DNA of 64,000 bases from a virus (Duplodnaviria > Caudoviricetes). Shown piece by piece: positions 58,791-64,000 of this stretch (the stretch's first letter is position 1; each line of letters starts with the position of its first letter). The position numbers were made by a program, and so were the translations under genes. The notes under the pieces are model-generated. The model was not told the DNA's origin. It ran no database searches and saw nothing but the letters and a program-made list of their open reading frames with translations. The stretch is taken from positions 1 to 64,000 of IMG/VR virus record IMGVR_UViG_3300012956_000018, one strand, 5' to 3'.

Positions 58791-59777
58791 TTATTCAGTA
58801 CTATTTAGCAGATCTTTTCTAAATTTGCTATTAATATTAGACTCTACTATATTACTGATAAATGTTCTGGCCTTATTTAATTCTAGATCATATAATACTT
58901 GATGAAGAGCATCTTCAGATAGTTGATCAGGATCTAATATTGATGCTAGCCCTACATTTCTTTTTATGGTATTGCTATATTCAGTAGGCAACATACGAAG
59001 ATCTACTAAGTCAATATTGTTCATGATTTGTTCCCTGTTGTTATAAGAATTTTGCCATGCTAATAAATGACTTTTCTCTACTTCTGACCATCCACTATTA
59101 TCAAATACAGATTTAGCTATTTTAGGAGCGGTACCCCATCCACACTTAGGAGTACCTGGTATATTATCCGATCCGTCTCCTACTATAGCTTTACTAAGTA
59201 TAAATTGATCTCTCCAAATATTCTTATCTAATTTATAATTTTCAATAATGTCATCTTCTGTATAATACTTATCTTGAATAGGATTATATATGTCAACATC
59301 AGAAGAAGCTAGTTGATGAAAATCTCCATCAGTACTTACTATGATCTTTTTTGATGAAGTTTTTACATTCATGCATATCCACGCTATTATATCGTCAGCC
59401 TCTACTCCATATATTTGTATTGATATAGCATGAGATAGAGGTAATACCTTATTATGTAACATTCTCCTACTATAATAGAATGTTTGTTCTTCAGTATCTA
59501 GAGTAGACTCATCTACTTCATTTATATAATCTGGGTCTTTATGAGAATGAGATCTGGCCTTATAGTCCGGGTAAAGCTGCAGTCTATATGTACTACAGCC
59601 CAAGTCCCAGCATAATATCATTCCATGGGTATTTTTCCATTTTTTAGCTAAAGAATTCATAGATTGTAAAAATCCATGAATTAACCCTACTCTAATACCT
59701 TTAGAATTAACTAAATTATATATAGAGCTAACACTCAGTTGCCTATACAGCAAATTAGATGCATCAATAAGTAACAT
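58791..59777 (-). CDS. 5'-3' exonuclease / flap endonuclease (T4 RNase H / T5 D15-like)
   Basis: LLIDASNL, CWDLG, YPDYKARS, VEADDIIA, STDGDFHQL, GDGSDNIPG. Confidence 0.92.
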   Translation of the reverse strand: MLLIDASNLLYRQLSVSSIYNLVNSKGIRVGLIHGFLQSMNSLAKKWKNTHGMILCWDLGCSTYRLQLYPDYKARSHSHKDPDYINEVDESTLDTEEQTFYYSRRMLHNKVLPLSHAISIQIYGVEADDIIAWICMNVKTSSKKIIVSTDGDFHQLASSDVDIYNPIQDKYYTEDDIIENYKLDKNIWRDQFILSKAIVGDGSDNIPGTPKCGWGTAPKIAKSVFDNSGWSEVEKSHLLAWQNSYNNREQIMNNIDLVDLRMLPTEYSNTIKRNVGLASILDPDQLSEDALHQVLYDLELNKARTFISNIVESNINSKFRKDLLNSTE

Positions 59778-59970
59778 ATTTCTTCTTCAACCAGAAATAT
59801 ATATCGCCGAGAATCAATACTGGCCAGGCGAATACTGATAACAAGACTATACAAATTGTTACTATAATCTTAATAAACTTATCAGTTTTAATTCCTGGAG
59901 ATTTGAATATCCAAGATAAAGTATAAATGATTCCTAACAGTATATAGCAGTATATTAAAGTATTATTCAC
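59764..59970 (-). CDS. small membrane protein
   Basis: Two hydrophobic segments; AWP motif. Confidence 0.6.
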   Translation of the reverse strand: MNNTLIYCYILLGIIYTLSWIFKSPGIKTDKFIKIIVTICIVLLSVFAWPVLILGDIYFWLKKKYVTY

Positions 59971-61867
59971 TTATCTCACCTGCCTTAGGCATTTTTGATT
60001 CTATTTCCTCATATTCCCAATTAACTAATTGAAATTTACTTCTAAAATACTTGATTAATTCAGAGTACGCTTCTGATAGAAATTCCTTATCTTTAAGTGC
60101 ATCTGCCCATCTATAGCTTTTGTTAGATATTAACTTGTCTTTTAATGAATACCATCCAGAGCCAGAATTAATTATATCCAATGCTCCGGCTATAGTAAGT
60201 AATTCTTCGTCAGGAGATAATTTACCACCTAGAGTATCATAAATAAATATATTTACTCCCGACACAGATGGCATAAATTTAGATTTATCTACTCTAATAA
60301 CAGAATTAGTGCCTTCTTTAAAATATTCATTCTGACCTATCTTTTTGCCGCCTGAAAAATAAATGCTATAATGGATATTATGATCTTTAGCGTACCCTCC
60401 AGTAGATCCTTCTCCTGAAGTATATCTACCTATTTCCATTCTGGCTTGATTAATAAGTATCAGACTAGTATTTTTATTATCCCACATTAATCCTAATATT
60501 TTATTTAGATGCTGTCCTAATACTCTAGGTTTAGCCATCATTCCTGCTGCAAATTCAATAGCTTGTCTATCTTTACTTATAGCATCTTGCATGGCATTCC
60601 ACTCTGCTTGTACTCCTGATGCAGTAATAGAATCCCATATTCCTAAGATATATACATCTTTATCTTTAAAAGATGACACATACTTAGAAAATACTGAAAA
60701 TGCTTGCTCTACAGTAATAGCAGGTCCTATAGCTACTCTTGAATCACCATTCTCTATTACTTCAGATTTAGTATCTGTACCATATCTAATTCCTGGGGAT
60801 ATATTGAAGACTCGTCTTAGCCTAAGATCATCAGCTGATTTTTCAGCATCTAAGATAATAAGACGAGCTTTATTTCCATAATCTTCTAAAAACATTTCTG
60901 CCGTCTGATATGCCGTAGTAGATTTTCCTGAATTATGAACAAATACTCCGGTATTATTTCCTAAATCAATGCAGAAATTATTATAGTTTTCAACAGATAT
61001 ATCATAAACATATTCTTCAATATCCAAATATTCTATATTAATAATTTTGTGGTTATTGCCTTTTCTAGGAGGATTATCTGAAGTATTTCTTTTTATACAT
61101 AATTGTCTAGATTTTCCTTTCCAAGCCAGTCCTTCTTCAGTATTTTTCCATATTCTATGCCCTTCCCACATTCCTTTCTTTGAAATATTCTCTATACCAT
61201 GCAATTTTGCATGTTCAGATTTATTAGTAATTAGTAGATTTAGTGGTCTATTATCATTATGATTATTATTTGTATGATGTATCTCAATATTCTTAGGTAA
61301 GAATTTTCTTTCCTCTCTTGATAAATAATGAAATGCTACCATATATGGTACAGAATCATAATCTTCTCTACTTGAGCCATAGGATGTAGCTTGAATTTCT
61401 TCAGAATCTCTGTATTTTGAATACATAGCCATTAAGCTATCTCCAATTTTAAGATTCTTAGCTTCCACATAACTGCCATCAAACATCATCCATTTGTGGT
61501 CATCAGTACATATTACTGGTTGGCTGGCTTTCTGATTGTAGATAGATTTACCATATCTACGTTTACCATTATCTAAAGTAATTTTAATCAATTTATTACT
61601 TAATTTCTTATTAGCAAATCTAGCTTTACCTGGTACTATCTGATTTCTTGCAAGATCATAAGAATACACCCAGAATTCTTCTGATCCTTCAAGTTCCTTA
61701 ATTAACTTAGATGTACCATCTAAGCACTTAATTAGAGTATCGCCATGCAAACATTTAGGTCCTCCCCACAACTCAATCATTGTACCCCAATTAAATCCTC
61801 CTGCTCCTACAGCATTGATAGTATTAATAGGAGTTCTTATTTTATGATAATGAATACCGTTAATCAT
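59963..61867 (-). CDS. recA: RecA/UvsX-like recombinase with an intein in the P-loop
   Basis: Spliced Walker A GGPK/SGKST; IWDSITA, LILINQAR, STGGYA, IRVDKSKF. Confidence 0.9.
   Translation of the reverse strand: MINGIHYHKIRTPINTINAVGAGGFNWGTMIELWGGPKCLHGDTLIKCLDGTSKLIKELEGSEEFWVYSYDLARNQIVPGKARFANKKLSNKLIKITLDNGKRRYGKSIYNQKASQPVICTDDHKWMMFDGSYVEAKNLKIGDSLMAMYSKYRDSEEIQATSYGSSREDYDSVPYMVAFHYLSREERKFLPKNIEIHHTNNNHNDNRPLNLLITNKSEHAKLHGIENISKKGMWEGHRIWKNTEEGLAWKGKSRQLCIKRNTSDNPPRKGNNHKIINIEYLDIEEYVYDISVENYNNFCIDLGNNTGVFVHNSGKSTTAYQTAEMFLEDYGNKARLIILDAEKSADDLRLRRVFNISPGIRYGTDTKSEVIENGDSRVAIGPAITVEQAFSVFSKYVSSFKDKDVYILGIWDSITASGVQAEWNAMQDAISKDRQAIEFAAGMMAKPRVLGQHLNKILGLMWDNKNTSLILINQARMEIGRYTSGEGSTGGYAKDHNIHYSIYFSGGKKIGQNEYFKEGTNSVIRVDKSKFMPSVSGVNIFIYDTLGGKLSPDEELLTIAGALDIINSGSGWYSLKDKLISNKSYRWADALKDKEFLSEAYSELIKYFRSKFQLVNWEYEEIESKMPKAGEISE
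60932..61753 (-). mobile_element. intein (274 aa) with HNH motif in RecA/UvsX
   Basis: Starts CLHGDT, block B CTDDHKWM, IHHTNNNHNDNRPLNL, ends VYDISVENYNNF...VFVHN followed by Ser. Confidence 0.93.
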
Positions 61868-62049
61868 AGTTTAATATCTTTAGATAGGAGTTCAACTCCG
61901 ATTAGAGTTGACGAACAATACGGATTATTATCTTTTAATATATCAGATATAATTTCATCTTCAATATCATGAGTTTCGAAAGAAGTTCCTGTTACTATTC
62001 CTTCTGGACACGTATATACTTTCTTAAATATCAGTCTAACATTACTCAT
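61864..62049 (-). CDS. hypothetical protein
   Basis: 61-aa ORF with ATGA overlaps. Confidence 0.55.
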   Translation of the reverse strand: MSNVRLIFKKVYTCPEGIVTGTSFETHDIEDEIISDILKDNNPYCSSTLIGVELLSKDIKL

Positions 62050-63074
62050 ACTGATACTTTAGCCTTAGCACAATCTGATCTGTTCTTGCACATCAGACAA
62101 GTAGGGTTCATGGCTGGTGGGGGAGATCCAAAGTGAAATTCACCTGGTGAATACCCGTATCCTGCTATCTTCTTAATAATACCAGAGCACTTCTCTTCAG
62201 TAGATCCAGTAGCTGCTTGAGTTACAGAGGGGCTGGCTTGCATAGCTACCGATGCTGTCTCTTTGGTATTAACCGAAGAAGTTTCAGGGCCACTTAGAGC
62301 ATTAGCTGCACTTGTATTGGATTCAGGATCTTCATTTTGATGCTTATTAGCAATGATCTGAGATATATGCTTCTTTAATATCTGCAAATCTTCATCAGTA
62401 ATAAATTTATCTTTTTTGAGATATACATCATCTAGATTAGATGGCATATCCTTAGGAATCTCTGGCAGAGCATATTTCTTATGATGAAATCCAATACTAC
62501 ATTTACGACCATTTTCATAATAAGAGTGTAATTTAATACCTAATTGCTCACCAGAGCTACTGAATAATTCTGCTGCATCGTTAGGAGACATATCTGCTAG
62601 CAGATCATCAAATGCCACCATCTGACGATAATTCAGAACTAATACCATAGTAGTATTAGTTTTTACATACTCATCTGCTGGCCCTTCATATATATGTGCT
62701 TTAATAAGAGCTTCTTGCTTAGATCCATATTTATATGCATCTTTATAATTTATATCGTATAATCTTGAAGCTTCTTTACATACTCTACAATTATCTCCTT
62801 CACATGATACATATACATATCTATCTTTATTGTTATCATCTTTCAATTTAAGTCTATGAGAAAAGAATTTACGCATTAATCTAATGCGCTTTTTGCCATC
62901 TGCAGACTCATAAGATTCTGGGAAGAATCTGGCTACAAATGTACCATCTGACAAATAGGCGATAGGGAATTTATCATCCTTATCACCTCTTTCTAATCTC
63001 TCTTGCCTGGAATTAATAGAATCGCTGATCAATCCAGCATATGCTTCTACAATTTCATTTTGATCTGTTGACAT
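62046..63074 (-). CDS. ssb: single-stranded DNA-binding protein (T4 gp32-like)
   Basis: ARFFP, FFSH...YVSCEGDNCRVC zinc-site pattern; next to the recombinase; GAGG RBS. Confidence 0.65.
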   Translation of the reverse strand: MSTDQNEIVEAYAGLISDSINSRQERLERGDKDDKFPIAYLSDGTFVARFFPESYESADGKKRIRLMRKFFSHRLKLKDDNNKDRYVYVSCEGDNCRVCKEASRLYDINYKDAYKYGSKQEALIKAHIYEGPADEYVKTNTTMVLVLNYRQMVAFDDLLADMSPNDAAELFSSSGEQLGIKLHSYYENGRKCSIGFHHKKYALPEIPKDMPSNLDDVYLKKDKFITDEDLQILKKHISQIIANKHQNEDPESNTSAANALSGPETSSVNTKETASVAMQASPSVTQAATGSTEEKCSGIIKKIAGYGYSPGEFHFGSPPPAMNPTCLMCKNRSDCAKAKVSV

Positions 63075-63091
63075 ATAATCCTCAAAATTAA

Positions 63092-64000
63092 TTAAACCGG
63101 GCCAAACTCAAACGGTTGACTAACAATATTCACTCTTATGTCTTTAGTTATCTCTGAATTTAATAATTTTAAATAGCTATCTGTTGACTTGCCTAAGTAT
63201 TCTTTATTATTTATTGTTGCTTGATATCCATTTCTAGGCCTACCTGTTCCTATTAGATTCTTAGTCTTAAAATATTTATAGAATTCACACAATGAATGCT
63301 CAATACATCTCTTAGTAAGATAAGGTAATTGAAGATATTGAAATGTAATGTAAGGAAATCCTATAGTATTTTTATTATAATAATCAAATTGATGTTCAAA
63401 TAAATGATTTAATATATTTATATACTTATCATAAGTATTACTTGATGGTCCTGGGCTGATGATATCTAGTGCATATGAGCATCCTGGTCCTATATTTACA
63501 AAACTATCCTCATCGAATTGTTTTAATATACTTGTATATATTAAATCACAGAATATTTCGTATGCTACAAAATCTCCAATACCTGGAGCGCACCCCTTAA
63601 TTATATCAAACGCCTCCTTACCAGTATTAGTATTACGTAATTTATTTACGTAAGATTCTCTATTCTTGTGAGTCTCCAAAAATCCTTTCATAAATCTGTT
63701 AGATTTACTATCTTTAGCATAGTATGGTATTCCTGGGTAGTCGTCCACCTTCCAAGATTTAATGCTATTGACCATATGCGCATTAGTGAATAATCCCATT
63801 TTCTGCTCTTGATCGTATAACAGATGCTGGAGATAGTCTATTACTTCTGGTGTATTGTTGTCATTTAGAATATTAAATGCTGGCTTTATAGATTCTAGAG
63901 TTTCTATTTTATTATAGAATCTGTGAAATACTATTAATAAGAATTTTGTATTATCATCTTGTATCTTGGATAGTATTTCATTGTGAAGATATAAAGATCC
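63092..64000 (-). CDS. DNA thymine-hypermodification enzyme (5-hmdU DNA kinase helical / aGPT-Pplase1-like), 5' end beyond the window
   Basis: Frame is open to base 64000; FHRFYNKIET, GIGDFVAYEIFCDLIY, FVNIGPGC, IEHSLCEFYKY, GRPR. Confidence 0.7.
   Translation of the reverse strand, partial: GSLYLHNEILSKIQDDNTKFLLIVFHRFYNKIETLESIKPAFNILNDNNTPEVIDYLQHLLYDQEQKMGLFTNAHMVNSIKSWKVDDYPGIPYYAKDSKSNRFMKGFLETHKNRESYVNKLRNTNTGKEAFDIIKGCAPGIGDFVAYEIFCDLIYTSILKQFDEDSFVNIGPGCSYALDIISPGPSSNTYDKYINILNHLFEHQFDYYNKNTIGFPYITFQYLQLPYLTKRCIEHSLCEFYKYFKTKNLIGTGRPRNGYQATINNKEYLGKSTDSYLKLLNSEITKDIRVNIVSQPFEFGPV

Noticed and set aside
43673-63653. Plus-strand ORFs inside the replication block (e.g. 43673, 46375, 49075, 56657, 60591, 63459)
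   Set aside because: They are antisense shadows of well-supported - strand genes.
1-64000. Alternative genetic code (stop-codon reassignment) to explain the sheath TAA
   Set aside because: Most genes end cleanly in TAA, TAG or TGA under code 11, with tight overlaps and intact long ORFs; only one essential gene shows an internal stop.
1-64000. CRISPR array, tRNA or rRNA genes
   Set aside because: No repeat-spacer periodicity, cloverleaf or rRNA-like tract seen by eye; intergenic gaps are short. tRNAscan was not run.

Overview
This window is 64 kb of an AT-rich, large T4-superfamily-like myovirus genome, probably infecting a Gram-negative host (it encodes an i-spanin/o-spanin pair). Bases 1-42987 (+ strand) form a morphogenesis block: prohead protease polyprotein, gp23-like major capsid protein, fibre and decoration proteins, neck, sheath, tube, baseplate, tail fibres and lysis genes. 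Bases ~42950-64000 (- strand) converge on it and encode terminase, a sigma-like factor, helicase, a split UDG-exonuclease/PolA, type II topoisomerase, 5'-3' exonuclease, RecA/UvsX, SSB and a thymine-hypermodification enzyme. The most interesting signal is a putative capsid-cargo system. The 1399-aa prohead protease carries a string of small repeated modules separated by gp21-type (I/L/V)-x-E sites. An array of 8 small ORFs (13.9-16.7 kb) shares an N-terminal MPKL(I/L)... leader resembling a capsid-targeting sequence, and one of these ORFs is a free-standing copy of a protease module. Other notable points: one beta-rich domain reused in capsid, decoration, sheath and baseplate proteins; an in-frame TAA in the sheath gene; a candidate +1 frameshift site in the tail chaperone; two HNH-type inteins; and a catalytically degenerate amidase and SWIM protein. 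All family assignments come from motif recognition by eye; no database search was run.
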